Origin: a virus
Taxonomy: Duplodnaviria > Caudoviricetes
IMG/VR virus record: IMGVR_UViG_3300048901_000018
Coordinates: 1 to 41,838 of that record
Reading direction: 5' to 3' (one strand)
DNA length: 41,838 nucleotides
The notes under the pieces are model-generated. The model was not told the origin of the DNA. It made no database searches and was given only the letters and a program-made list of their open reading frames with translations. A program made the translations under genes and the position numbers. This document shows positions 17,891-27,902 of the stretch, piece after piece. Positions within the stretch are counted from its first letter, which is position 1, and each line of letters starts with the position of its first letter.

Positions 17891-18532
17891 TTAGTAGTCC
17901 TTGTCGTCCGCGTCCCCGTCGTCACTGGCTTGCCCCGGCTTCCTTCCATCCGGGTTAATGTACTTCGCTGCGGCCCCGTCACCGAATTGCTCGTCAAACG
18001 CTTCAACCATCGAGTCGGTCGGTGAAGCTGTGAGCCTCTCGATATCGTTCTGCGTTGGAGCATCTGTGCCGTCGAATGTGTTGCCAGCTTTGTCGATTTT
18101 GTCCTGTGCCATAGCCTCTGCACGATCAGGCATGGGAGTTTGGCGAATATCCTGTTGCGAGTCCATTTCCTCGCCATAGCCTGTGTATCCACCAGTGTCA
18201 GGTCTCACCGGCAGATTACCTCTGACCCCCTGATTAGCTTCCTGAGCGTTATACAAGTCTTGATCGGTAGAAGGGCCAGAGGCGCCACCACGTCCCACTC
18301 CTGAAAGTCTGTCACTCTCGGGAGCAACACCAACTGTAGGAGGAACATCTCTCTGAGCCATCCCCATTCTTGGGTCTTGCATCGCCATCTGCGCTCCAGC
18401 CATGCGAGGGTCACCACCTTGCATGTGCGCTTGCATACCGGCTCTGGCCACAGGGTCTTGCATGAGTTCTGCAAGCTTCTGCTGGAGAGCCATTCCTTGA
18501 GTCATTCCACCGGGAGGGGGCATCTGGGGCAT
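17891..18532 (-). CDS. Low-complexity (M/Q/P/D-rich) protein, probable virion or ejection component
   Basis: AAGGAG RBS; position among the ejection genes. Confidence 0.65.
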   Translation of the reverse strand: MPQMPPPGGMTQGMALQQKLAELMQDPVARAGMQAHMQGGDPRMAGAQMAMQDPRMGMAQRDVPPTVGVAPESDRLSGVGRGGASGPSTDQDLYNAQEANQGVRGNLPVRPDTGGYTGYGEEMDSQQDIRQTPMPDRAEAMAQDKIDKAGNTFDGTDAPTQNDIERLTASPTDSMVEAFDEQFGDGAAAKYINPDGRKPGQASDDGDADDKDY

Positions 18533-18533
18533 T

Positions 18534-19082
18534 TCAATCTCCTTTGTTGTCGATTTCGTCCTTCACCATCGCTTCGGCTTCGTCTACTTGGGGCATCATA
18601 TCTTCTGCCCCTTTAACTCGTTTGTCCCACCTCCGATTGAAATCGGGATTGGTGTCCATCGCTTCGGCAAACCTGCTCATAAACGTTCGCGGGTTCATAG
18701 CCTCAGGGATACCGATCCTGTGATACCCGTGGTCAGGAGCGTAGTCGTATTCAAAATCACCTCTGGACTCAAAGTCTCGAAGTGGATTGCTAGCAGGTTC
18801 ATTCGTGACACTTAGCAATGGCACAGGCTTCGGATCAGTTGGCTCGGTAATTTCACGGATCACTGGCTCCTTGAAGTTCCAACTGAATGGCAAGTTGAGA
18901 GCTTCTTGAATCATTAACTGTTGTATGAAGTGTGTTAAGTCTGTCGATTCGCCCTGTTTCATCCTTTGCAGCGTATCCACTGCCGCTTCCATATTGCCAG
19001 TTCTGAATTGTGGCTGTGGCTGTATCGCGAACCGATCCACGAAGTAATCTGGCCTTGGTGTGGGTAATGGAACTTTGGGCAT
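18534..19082 (-). CDS. Hypothetical protein with N-terminal VPLPTPRP motif
   Basis: ATG lies 2 nt after the palindrome at 19085. Confidence 0.7.
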   Translation of the reverse strand: MPKVPLPTPRPDYFVDRFAIQPQPQFRTGNMEAAVDTLQRMKQGESTDLTHFIQQLMIQEALNLPFSWNFKEPVIREITEPTDPKPVPLLSVTNEPASNPLRDFESRGDFEYDYAPDHGYHRIGIPEAMNPRTFMSRFAEAMDTNPDFNRRWDKRVKGAEDMMPQVDEAEAMVKDEIDNKGD

Positions 19083-19098
19083 TTGTGTGACTCACACG

Positions 19099-19821
19099 TT
19101 AAATTCTCTTTCCACCTTTTAGTTTCTCGGCAACCCTGTCAAGTATTTCTTCTTTCATTTTTCGTTGTATGTAGTCAGGGTACTCTAGAAACTTTCCAGC
19201 GGTGCCTTGTGCCGCCATAGCCGACTTCATAACCTTGTCACGAAGTTGATTAGGCATGTGAAATGATCTGTTATATACGTCCAAGTCTCCCGCCCCTGCT
19301 TCTACAGCAAGTGGAGTAAGCTTTCCCATGTATGGTTCACCGACCATCTTATTCATGGGAGACCACCCACCTTGTCTTGCCTTCCCCCAGTCTATTCCAC
19401 TCTCATTTGGATCAACGGGTCTACGAATAGGGAGCATTCCAACCAGAACACTGGTTAACGCTTGATTTTGTTCTGGTGTCATATCCTTGAATATTGGGTC
19501 TGTAAAAGCATCAGGTTCGTTGAGTACAGGCCAATCTGGATGTCTCGTAACGCTAGGAGAATTGACTCCGACAAATTGCCGCATGTCTAGAGGTATATCT
19601 TCCAAACGAGGCGACTCGTACACATGTTCCATAGCCACAGGTCCACGCCTCTCAGCAAGTAACTCCAGCCCACCTGTCGCAGGCAAAACTGGCCTCGGCG
19701 TCGGTAATGGAACTCCTTTCGTTCTCCCTTCGTCATGAGGAAGCCTAGACATATCCTTAGGCTCTGGCCCATCAGGATTTGTGGGATCGTATTCGTCTGC
19801 CCAATCATCTTCCTCAGCCAT
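19099..19821 (-). CDS. Hypothetical protein containing VPLPTPRP
   Basis: AAGGAGG RBS before ATG 19821 (MAEEDDW). Confidence 0.7.
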   Translation of the reverse strand: MAEEDDWADEYDPTNPDGPEPKDMSRLPHDEGRTKGVPLPTPRPVLPATGGLELLAERRGPVAMEHVYESPRLEDIPLDMRQFVGVNSPSVTRHPDWPVLNEPDAFTDPIFKDMTPEQNQALTSVLVGMLPIRRPVDPNESGIDWGKARQGGWSPMNKMVGEPYMGKLTPLAVEAGAGDLDVYNRSFHMPNQLRDKVMKSAMAAQGTAGKFLEYPDYIQRKMKEEILDRVAEKLKGGKRI

Positions 19822-19822
19822 A

Positions 19823-20104
19823 TCAGCCTCCTTGCATACGTTCTTGTAACGCTTGGAGCATCGCTGCTGGAGGAGCCCCACCACCCGGAGGCCCACCTAC
19901 TCCCGGAGGAGTCATCGAGGGTTCCGGTGTTGGTGGAGGTGCAGTTTGTCCACCGGGAGGAGGCGGTCCACTATCAGGCAGTCCACCACCACCTCCACCC
20001 ATCAGTTGCGGTGCAATCTGCTGCAACATCTGCATCGCCTGCGGATTCTGCAACACTTGTTGAATCATAGCCGGATTGATTGGAGGTGCATTGGGTCCAG
20101 ACAT
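19823..20104 (-). CDS. Pro/Gly/Gln-rich 93-aa protein
   Basis: Palindrome, then GGAGAG RBS, then ATG 20104 (MSGPNAPP). Confidence 0.65.
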   Translation of the reverse strand: MSGPNAPPINPAMIQQVLQNPQAMQMLQQIAPQLMGGGGGGLPDSGPPPPGGQTAPPPTPEPSMTPPGVGGPPGGGAPPAAMLQALQERMQGG

Positions 20105-20128
20105 TTTACTCTCCGTGTGAATCACACA

Positions 20129-21169
20129 TTAGAATGTATCGCCGTCGCCTGACGTACCCCACTCATTGCGACCAGAATCAAATGGAGCACTTCCGAATCC
20201 CGAGAAACTAAACGTGTTGCTCGGAACCTGATAGTCGCCTGAGCCATCGGTGATCCAAGTACCACCGGAGCCGTCGTCCATCTTTCCACTGCCAGAGCCA
20301 CCCTTGCCCATCTTGATGCTGGCAAGAGCCTTCGCAACGCCACTCAGATCGGGCGACTTGCCTGCAGCGTTAGCGAGTTGATCGAATGCGCTTCCCACTC
20401 GACTTGTACCTTGGTTGAACGCATTCAACATAGCTTGTTGCTGCTGGCCTGTAGTGTCGGTCAGCGCACTCTTCGGGATACCGGGGATATCTCCGCCCTG
20501 AGACATGAGGCTTGCCCATGTTGCCATAGGTTTACCCCACTGTTCTTCATGTAGAGCCGTCCGAGCCGCGAACTCTTTCATCGCGTCTTGTCTGGCACTC
20601 AGCATTCTCGCGTTCATAGTGTCTGCATTGCCAAGGCTTTGGTCTGTGGCCTGAATAATGCTCTGCGCATCAGCACCCCGACCCAGACGTGCTGCCTGTC
20701 GCATAACCTGACCCTGATTAGCCTTAGCTCTCGCCTGATCGCTGATAGCTGTCAGCGCAGTGAGATCACTTCGTAGTGCAGCCTCCGGCAGTGGCTGGTC
20801 GTATTGATATCCCGCTGCGGCTCTGAGATAAGGCTCGACCGCTTCTTTTGATCGGGCCTGTATTTGCTCTTTGATCTTTCGAGCCGCAGGAGCATCTTTC
20901 GTGAGTTGTAAGAGTTCTTCCTTCTGCTTCGCGTCAGAAATCTCTTTCTGAGTTGGAGCCAAAGTGACACTCCACTTATTCAATATGGGATCGTATCCGG
21001 TCACGTTCCCGTACTGATCACTGCGTGATGCAGAGGCAAACCTGTCCTGCGTCGCCGCTCGTTCCTTTTCCCAATTGAAATGGGCATACTGGAACATCAA
21101 CTGGTCGTGTTGGGCTTGGGCTTGCAACCCTGCCCCGATTAGACCAGTAATTGCACCTAGCATTTCCAT
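20129..21169 (-). CDS. Putative DNA ejection (pilot-like) internal virion protein
   Basis: AGGAGG RBS; hydrophobic Gly/Ala N-terminus MLGAITGLIGAGL followed by Ala/Gln-rich helices. Confidence 0.6.
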   Translation of the reverse strand: MEMLGAITGLIGAGLQAQAQHDQLMFQYAHFNWEKERAATQDRFASASRSDQYGNVTGYDPILNKWSVTLAPTQKEISDAKQKEELLQLTKDAPAARKIKEQIQARSKEAVEPYLRAAAGYQYDQPLPEAALRSDLTALTAISDQARAKANQGQVMRQAARLGRGADAQSIIQATDQSLGNADTMNARMLSARQDAMKEFAARTALHEEQWGKPMATWASLMSQGGDIPGIPKSALTDTTGQQQQAMLNAFNQGTSRVGSAFDQLANAAGKSPDLSGVAKALASIKMGKGGSGSGKMDDGSGGTWITDGSGDYQVPSNTFSFSGFGSAPFDSGRNEWGTSGDGDTF

Positions 21170-21205
21170 GATAGCCTCCTATTCTCTGTGTGATTCACAC
21201 GATCA

Positions 21206-22120
21206 TCAGAAAATAGTGTTCGGATTCGTGGACTGAGTTTTATTCTTATCATCTGTGGTGTCATCGGTAGAAACTCCCGAAGCTGCCGCCGGATTGAATG
21301 CCGTATTTCCGGCACCCTGACCAGCGCCACCGATAGCTGCAAGTCCAGCAGTTGTAAAGAGTTGTCCGGGCGCTCCTGCGCGAATCTTGTCACCCAGTGT
21401 ATTGAGGAAGTTTGTGAACTCGGTGTCCGCCTCGGTCTTATATTGGCCGGGATCGAAGTCCGTACCCAATTGAAGATTGCTGGCTGTTTGCCGAGCTTTG
21501 TTGGCAATGCCACTAAGTGTTCCCTGTTCCTTTCCAATGAGGTCGTTTCCGACCAGATCGAGTCGAGTGTTAACCCCGGAACGTTGTTTATCAAGATCAG
21601 CTTTCGCTGCTCCGTATCCGCTAGTGGTAAGCACACCGCGATCAAGCATGTTTCTGATGATGGCGTCAGCATCGGAATATTGCTCCTCTGCATAACCCTT
21701 CCAATAAGGATCGTCCAATGTAGTTGGGGCCTTCGACGTCTCGAAGTTCGGCGCGAAGTATTGATTGATATCCTTCTGGGCTTTGGCACGGGCACCTGTT
21801 TGCAGCGTGTCCCAGATGGTTTGACCGGCACCACTAAACGCTGCACCGGGGTTCTCTTCTGTTGGCGATATGCTGTTAAGAATGTTGTTCAACTGCGCAT
21901 CGATCGAACCACCGTATCCACTGGGATCAAGTCCCTGAGACGTGAAGTAGTTTCTCACGTCCCCACCTGCGGCGGTACGAGCATTGCCACGCAGCGTTGC
22001 AAGTTCTGTCTTGTGCTGCGCTGCCGCAGCCGCATCACGTTCTTCCTTCTCTCTCGCAGCTTGCTCTCTCTGCTGCTCAACTGCCAGTGAGTTATCGGGA
22101 GGGGGGCTCGAACCAGACAT
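21206..22120 (-). CDS. Putative internal virion protein
   Basis: MSGSSPPPDNS start, Ala-rich helices, follows the GNAT-like gene. Confidence 0.6.
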   Translation of the reverse strand: MSGSSPPPDNSLAVEQQREQAAREKEERDAAAAAQHKTELATLRGNARTAAGGDVRNYFTSQGLDPSGYGGSIDAQLNNILNSISPTEENPGAAFSGAGQTIWDTLQTGARAKAQKDINQYFAPNFETSKAPTTLDDPYWKGYAEEQYSDADAIIRNMLDRGVLTTSGYGAAKADLDKQRSGVNTRLDLVGNDLIGKEQGTLSGIANKARQTASNLQLGTDFDPGQYKTEADTEFTNFLNTLGDKIRAGAPGQLFTTAGLAAIGGAGQGAGNTAFNPAAASGVSTDDTTDDKNKTQSTNPNTIF

Positions 22121-22620
22121 CAGTTTTCTCCATATCCTGACCAGTGAAAGATTGCACCAACTTCCTTGAATCCTTGTCTCTCTAGAATAGCATTAAACAG
22201 TTCGGCTTCTTTCGAACCTTTGGGAAAGCTACCACCCGTATGCGAGGCTCGGATAAGTTTTGCTCCCTTTCCCTTGGCCCATTCGACATAGGCGTGAAAG
22301 AGTTTTGATGTGTTCTTATAAGTTCTGTACTCAGGCTCAACCCATAAGAATATGTCGTCAGCCACAAAATCATAGGACATGAGACTGCAAACGCACCAAG
22401 CTCCGCCAAATCCGTAAACAACGTCGTGTGAGTCACACAACACCCATCCTGCGAAGGCTGCGGCATTATCGATATTATGTTCGAGGACATACCGTATTCT
22501 CCCTTCGTCCGGTGTGATCCACCGATAATTTGGCAATTGAGGAATAGCGTTCATGAGTAAGTGAACACAACGCGGAATATCGTGCGGCTTATACATTCTG
22601 AGTTCCAAATCTTTGCTCAT
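22120..22620 (-). CDS. GNAT-fold acetyltransferase-like protein
   Basis: FLWVEPEYR....SKL...YVEWAKGKGAK...ERQGFKEVG; usual podovirus position before the ejection genes. Confidence 0.75.
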   Translation of the reverse strand: MSKDLELRMYKPHDIPRCVHLLMNAIPQLPNYRWITPDEGRIRYVLEHNIDNAAAFAGWVLCDSHDVVYGFGGAWCVCSLMSYDFVADDIFLWVEPEYRTYKNTSKLFHAYVEWAKGKGAKLIRASHTGGSFPKGSKEAELFNAILERQGFKEVGAIFHWSGYGEN

Positions 22621-24159
22621 CTAGAGCCTCGCATCGAATTGCATCCACGATGATTGATTGGCGTACAAAGCTACGGCGTTGCCCGCGATCAGGCCGCTGG
22701 CGGTGATGCTGCTCGTCCACGCACTATTTGTTACCGCTTGAATGGTTGCTCCCCCCGCAACAGCACCGCCACCACCTGCGGCTTGAAGGGTGAAATGCGC
22801 GCTGCCGGAGGTGCTCACGAGAGGGTTGACCCGCATTTCGACTGGGAAAGTAAATAGGGGACCATTGGCCTGCGTCGTATTGTAGGCTTGCAAGGTAGCT
22901 ATAAGCTGGTTGGCGATGAAATTCCGCCGCTGCAAGTACCGCTGGCACGTCAGCAGTTCCTGATCGTAGGGCCGCATGATGAAGGGGGACTGGGCGGCGG
23001 ATGGCAGTTCGAGGCCCGGAAGCACGATGAGGCCCGTGATCTGGAACGTGTCGGTGGTTGCCGCCGCACCGTTGATGGTGCCGCTGGCTCCATTGAGCCC
23101 TGCGCCAGTCACCCAAGCATTGGCAGGTGCCGTGTGCGCAGTGCCCGCAGCCATCACGAAAGCAACCTTGAAACCCAGTGTATTGCCACCAGTCCAGACC
23201 CCGCCGCCCAGCGTATCGCCCGGAATAGTGACCGTCTTGCACTCCCAAGCATCCGCGACGTTCTGCGTGAAGTTGAACGAGTAAAAACGGTTGTTCGGTC
23301 CATTGCCGATTGACCCGGAGTAGGTTCCGGGCCGATGGATTTTACTCCAGAAGGCAATGGAAAGAGGCTGCGCATTGGCCGTGCCCCAAGCCAGTCTTGC
23401 TATCCGGTAACCTTCGATGTAGTTCGCGAGCATTATCTGATCGGCCGAGGCCATCGCTCCACCTGTCGCCACGACGATCTTGACCGAGTTGGTCAAGCCG
23501 GGCGGAGCATCCGCTACTTGGGAAGCCGACACGACGGGTGTTGCATTATTCACCAACCTCCACCCGTCGACGACATACGGCCCTCCCATCCCGACTGTCG
23601 ACGCTGTACCGAGTTCCTGACTGACCTCCATCGCGCCGTTCACCTGCATCCCGTTGTACGCCATCGCATCGAACGGCGCGGCGTAGACGGCTTGGCGCGC
23701 GGTTTGCTGTTGGGCTGCGGTCCACGATCCTACAGCCGGATCGGGTACAATCGGACTTCTGGTATAGACGTTGCCTGTGTCACGCCAGATGCTCAAAGGG
23801 TTGTCGATCAGTGCCCCGGCATCGGTATAGCGCGCGATCTTGAAAGCCGATCCGACGTTGCTGCCAGTTTCAGGCAAGGCGTCACCAAGCTGGACGCGCC
23901 AACGAATCGAACCATTATTCTTGCCGAAGATTCCGGTCGGCGTGCTGCCGTCTGGACGATCAAGGTTGATGGCGGGGGTGGCTTTGTTGACCGTCAGGTC
24001 GCCGGTCATGGTATCGCCGGTAACATTCACGTACCTTACATCTCCGGTACTTGGGTCCAAGCCCCCACCCGAAACAGGAGCGAGCCACTTCTCACCGTCC
24101 CAAGTATAACCTTGAAACGTTTGTCCGAATACCGGATTGTTCGGAAAGTTAAAGCCCAT
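22621..24159 (-). CDS. Tail fibre / receptor-binding protein
   Basis: FNFP..P..GQ....YTWDGEKW N-terminus, GDTMTGDL, ELLTCQRY and FPVEMRVNP motifs typical of fibre proteins. Confidence 0.7.
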   Translation of the reverse strand: MGFNFPNNPVFGQTFQGYTWDGEKWLAPVSGGGLDPSTGDVRYVNVTGDTMTGDLTVNKATPAINLDRPDGSTPTGIFGKNNGSIRWRVQLGDALPETGSNVGSAFKIARYTDAGALIDNPLSIWRDTGNVYTRSPIVPDPAVGSWTAAQQQTARQAVYAAPFDAMAYNGMQVNGAMEVSQELGTASTVGMGGPYVVDGWRLVNNATPVVSASQVADAPPGLTNSVKIVVATGGAMASADQIMLANYIEGYRIARLAWGTANAQPLSIAFWSKIHRPGTYSGSIGNGPNNRFYSFNFTQNVADAWECKTVTIPGDTLGGGVWTGGNTLGFKVAFVMAAGTAHTAPANAWVTGAGLNGASGTINGAAATTDTFQITGLIVLPGLELPSAAQSPFIMRPYDQELLTCQRYLQRRNFIANQLIATLQAYNTTQANGPLFTFPVEMRVNPLVSTSGSAHFTLQAAGGGGAVAGGATIQAVTNSAWTSSITASGLIAGNAVALYANQSSWMQFDARL

Positions 24160-24176
24160 GATCTACTCCGTGTGAC

Positions 24177-26420
24177 TCACACAATTTTGGATTCCAGAAC
24201 TTCGATGCGCGTCATGGCCTCTTGCAGGGCCTTGGTCAACGCCGCGATGATCGTGAACGGGTTCGGCGACTGAATGTGATCGGGACTGTCCTTGACGCCG
24301 GTTGCTGCGGTCGGGATCAGCGTCGCCTGAAGTTCATGCGCGATGAAGCCCCAACGCTCGATATCATCGGCGGGGAACATCGGTTCGATACCGTCGCCGT
24401 CAGGTTTGACCGGCGGCGGGGCCTCGCCTTTCTCTTCGGCTTCCTTGCGGGCCTTCAGAGCCTCTTCGACCTTCAGCTTGACATGCGACGGCGGCGAAAA
24501 CTCCGCCTGCGTGTACTTGATCGGGCGCAAACCCTTCACGGTATCCCACATGCCGGGCAGGTCGAGCACGTCCTTCTTGATGCGGTAGTCGGAGGTGACG
24601 GTGATGTTGCCCACATTGGTGGTGTCGATCCACAGCGCCACACCGGGCTGGTTCAGGTTGAAGTAATTGCCGCTATAGGCACCCGACAGGCCCGCGCGGC
24701 AGGCATGTCCGGTGGCGGTTACAGTGCTGTTGATGATCAAACCGCCACCATTCAATGTGAAAACACCGCCGGTATACCAGAGGTAGTTGGTACCCGCAGA
24801 GCCAAACCGGACAATACCGTCAGTTGTGTTGCTCTGCGTTTTTAACTCAGTCCCGATGATGTTAGCAGCGACGATCAGGCTGCCGCCCACCAGATTGAAG
24901 TTGGTGCCGTCGAACGTCAGGTACTTGGTGTATGACGTACCAAACTGGTACGCCCCTGTCGTGGTCGTGACAGCCGACACGACATTGTTGCTCGCCAGTA
25001 GCTGCCCGGCATTGATGTTACCCGCGATGAGGCCGCCGCCAACCAGATTGAAGTTGGTGCCGTCATAGTTCAGATACTTGGTGGAGGTGTTGCCGAAGTA
25101 GTACGTACCGGTGCTCCCACCTATACCAACAGTAACGCTACCCAGAAACTGGGCATTGCCGCTGTCGCGACGGAGGAGCAACGCCGGTACTCCGAGCGAA
25201 ACGCCTGCATCTGAGTAGCCCAATATGGCAAAGTCGCAGCCTGCATTGCTGCCGCTCTCTGCCGTGGTGTTGCCTAATGACATCCTCCAGCGCATCGACC
25301 CAGCAACAGTGCCGTATATTGCCACTCCCGCAGCATCGGTCTTGTCCAGAAAGATCGACGGGGCAGATTTGTTAATGTGCAAATCGCCGGTCATCGTATC
25401 ACCAGCTTTGGCAACACGTAGCTGATCTCCAGTATCTACATAGCCTGTAGTAGCACCACCGCCACCAGAGACGCCAATCCATTGCGATCCGTCGCCATCA
25501 TTGTATCGAACGAACAACGCCCCGCTATCACTCTCAAGCCAGAACGTATTATCTAACGGATTAGCTGGTGGCGTGTCTGAGATGTTGATCGTAGATATCC
25601 CGCTTGGCGGCGCGACGACCGACCAAGCATGATTTCTACGTGCATACTGCTTGTCATCATATGGAGCATCGGTGATATATCCAGCGTTTTCTAACGTGGC
25701 CACTCGACCAGTAACAGAAGCTATATTAGCAGTATTCGTGGTAATATTTGCGCTCTGAGTCGTGTCTAAGTTTTCATTATTCGTCATACGAGTTGTTAGT
25801 GACGCAATATTATTCGTGTTCGTTGTCGTATTCGCTTTGTTCGTTGCGTCATTGCTAAATGTTAAATCCAATGCAGTCTGCACATTCGTTGCAGCAACAC
25901 CTGATCCAGTGTTATCATAGACTATGAAATTCGCATGAAGTGTTGCTTGAGAGTCAATGATAAATGACCAATACGCTTGATCGGTACGTATCGTCGCCGG
26001 TGCTGGCGAACTCGTATGCTCTGTAATACAAACAGCCACAACACCCTGTGGTGCAGAACTCACCATATCATTCGGCAAATAATGCGTGCTGTTCTTCCAC
26101 TCACCTCTCGGAGCGACACCAACAACAACGCGAGCCCAGTACGTTGGATGCGCCGCGCGATCTTGTGCAAACGTCGTTGGCACAGCCGCGCTCGTGTGAG
26201 TCACACTACAAACCCAGAACGTATTATCTACTGTATCAACCGCAGTCATACCGACAGAGAACAATGTATTGTTTGTCCAAGGTCGCGTGTCCACGCCTTG
26301 AAGCACTGAGAGCAAAAGCTCATCAATGGTAACTGTGTTAGTGTTAATTAGATCATGCCAAGGCCCCATCCTGAAATCAGGAAGATTGAGCCTAAAGTTC
26401 TCTGTATATTCTGTGGTCAT
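24177..26420 (-). CDS. Tail fibre with C-terminal intramolecular chaperone (Peptidase S74-like)
   Basis: Coiled-coil stalk, GDTMTGDL, TSDYRIKKDV cleavage motif, GFIAHELQ, LTKALQEAMTRIEVLE. Its stop TGA lies inside the palindrome at 24170. Confidence 0.85.
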   Translation of the reverse strand: MTTEYTENFRLNLPDFRMGPWHDLINTNTVTIDELLLSVLQGVDTRPWTNNTLFSVGMTAVDTVDNTFWVCSVTHTSAAVPTTFAQDRAAHPTYWARVVVGVAPRGEWKNSTHYLPNDMVSSAPQGVVAVCITEHTSSPAPATIRTDQAYWSFIIDSQATLHANFIVYDNTGSGVAATNVQTALDLTFSNDATNKANTTTNTNNIASLTTRMTNNENLDTTQSANITTNTANIASVTGRVATLENAGYITDAPYDDKQYARRNHAWSVVAPPSGISTINISDTPPANPLDNTFWLESDSGALFVRYNDGDGSQWIGVSGGGGATTGYVDTGDQLRVAKAGDTMTGDLHINKSAPSIFLDKTDAAGVAIYGTVAGSMRWRMSLGNTTAESGSNAGCDFAILGYSDAGVSLGVPALLLRRDSGNAQFLGSVTVGIGGSTGTYYFGNTSTKYLNYDGTNFNLVGGGLIAGNINAGQLLASNNVVSAVTTTTGAYQFGTSYTKYLTFDGTNFNLVGGSLIVAANIIGTELKTQSNTTDGIVRFGSAGTNYLWYTGGVFTLNGGGLIINSTVTATGHACRAGLSGAYSGNYFNLNQPGVALWIDTTNVGNITVTSDYRIKKDVLDLPGMWDTVKGLRPIKYTQAEFSPPSHVKLKVEEALKARKEAEEKGEAPPPVKPDGDGIEPMFPADDIERWGFIAHELQATLIPTAATGVKDSPDHIQSPNPFTIIAALTKALQEAMTRIEVLESKIV
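24889..25064. repeat. Internal tail-fibre duplication
   Basis: ACCAGATTGAAGTTGGTGCCGTC at 24889-24911 and 25042-25064 (peptide TKYL..DGTNFNLVGG twice). Confidence 0.85.
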
Positions 26421-26728
26421 TGTTGCTGACTCGCTCTGATAAGTGCAGAGGTACGCATAATGTCTGTGCTTATGCGCTTGTCATTACCCTCAACGAACTC
26501 GTTACGCAGAGAAACCAAAGCCGCATTTGTTGTGTTAATCTGTCTGCCAGTTTCGATCATGAGCATTGGTAACAGAGCAATCGAGCAATCCCAATGATCC
26601 ATCTCTTGTCCACTCTGCGGATGTATACCGCGAACGTGTTGATAAAACGCACACTTATGGCAAACAACTTTTCGCTTCTTATTCATAAGCGGACACATAT
26701 CATCTGTTTCATGTATCGGTTTGCTCAT
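26417..26728 (-). CDS. Cys-containing tail-associated protein
   Basis: CPL...CHKCAFY...G.HP.SG...D.W.C; ATGA overlaps at both ends, between two fibre genes. Confidence 0.7.
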   Translation of the reverse strand: MSKPIHETDDMCPLMNKKRKVVCHKCAFYQHVRGIHPQSGQEMDHWDCSIALLPMLMIETGRQINTTNAALVSLRNEFVEGNDKRISTDIMRTSALIRASQQQ

Positions 26729-27888
26729 TGTTTCTGTCCTATGCAGACACCAATGTAAGCTATTCTCATATCAATAGTGTGAGTGTGAGCAGCATTGCCA
26801 CCTTGAGCATCTGTCCTAGCGCCAACTCCAGCGACATAATTTAAGCCAGGAGCATTGACAAATCCGCCAGAGGTCCAAGGACTATTAGCCGGAATACTAC
26901 CATGATCGTGGTACGGCATCTCGCTTAATGTTATTGCGTGTCCATCTGTAGTCCTATACGGATCGAAACAGCCACTCCAACCAATAGCACCACCAGCAGT
27001 TCCACCGCCGCCATTAGCATCGAATATGCGTATAGCCCTATCACTCCAACCATTTATTTGATTCCATCCGGTAGGTACAACTTGTTGGAAGAAGCACATA
27101 ATACTACCAGCAGGTACTCCGGGCGGCTTAGCAAGGGCAGTATTTACGTCAGTGCGCAGACCAGCGAGCAAGGTATCTTGTGTTGTATTCTTAGCCTCAA
27201 CAGCACTCATTCGTGATTCTAGACTTGTTAACCGACCGTCTTGAGTGGTATTTAATGTTTGTATTGCGGTAATTTGATTTCCTTGGGTAATGTTTACGTT
27301 ATTCAATCCCACAATCTGCGTTTCAAGATAATCAATGGCATCCTGTACATTTGTCTTTGGAATGCTCGACGCTAGATTAGAGTATGTAACAGCATTAGCT
27401 GTAACAGTTCCTACATCAGACATATCTAACAAAAACGTCCAATATGCTTGGTCATCGACAATCGAACCTGTAGACGTACTTATGTGCTTTGTAGTACACA
27501 AAGCCATAATACCACGGCCAGAATCGTAGGCTAAGTCATATGGGAAATACTGCGTGCTTCTCGTCCATTCACCCCTTGGAGCGAAGCCAGTAAGCAATCG
27601 AGCCCAATATGTTGGATGATTTGTTCTATCCTGTGCAAACGTTGTTGGCAAGGCTGCACTAGTATGATCGATCGCGCACATCCAAACAGAGGCATCAACG
27701 CTATCGATAACAGTAATACCCACGGTATAGTGCGTTATATTTGCCCAAGGAGCAACATTGCCTTGCGACATTGCGCTATATATAATGGCGTCAAGCTTTG
27801 TAAAGTCTCCGTTAATCAAATCATGCCAAGGCCCCTGTCTAAAGTCAGGGAGAGCCAATGCGAAGTTCTTTGTGTATTGCGTTGTCAT
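26725..27888 (-). CDS. Tail fibre protein (N-terminus paralogous to 24177-26420)
   Basis: Shared LPDFR.GPWHDLIN N-terminal domain; C-terminal collar-like PAGSIMCF.Q..VPTGW and HAITLSEMP.HDH...HTH. Confidence 0.8.
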   Translation of the reverse strand: MTTQYTKNFALALPDFRQGPWHDLINGDFTKLDAIIYSAMSQGNVAPWANITHYTVGITVIDSVDASVWMCAIDHTSAALPTTFAQDRTNHPTYWARLLTGFAPRGEWTRSTQYFPYDLAYDSGRGIMALCTTKHISTSTGSIVDDQAYWTFLLDMSDVGTVTANAVTYSNLASSIPKTNVQDAIDYLETQIVGLNNVNITQGNQITAIQTLNTTQDGRLTSLESRMSAVEAKNTTQDTLLAGLRTDVNTALAKPPGVPAGSIMCFFQQVVPTGWNQINGWSDRAIRIFDANGGGGTAGGAIGWSGCFDPYRTTDGHAITLSEMPYHDHGSIPANSPWTSGGFVNAPGLNYVAGVGARTDAQGGNAAHTHTIDMRIAYIGVCIGQKQ

Positions 27889-27902
27889 TTGTGTGACTCA
27901 CA

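Noticed and set aside
23335-24273. 312-aa plus-strand ORF and other long antisense ORFs (21362-22090, 24222-24845, 28971-29750)
   Set aside because: These are shadows of minus-strand structural genes, with no RBS or recognisable motifs.
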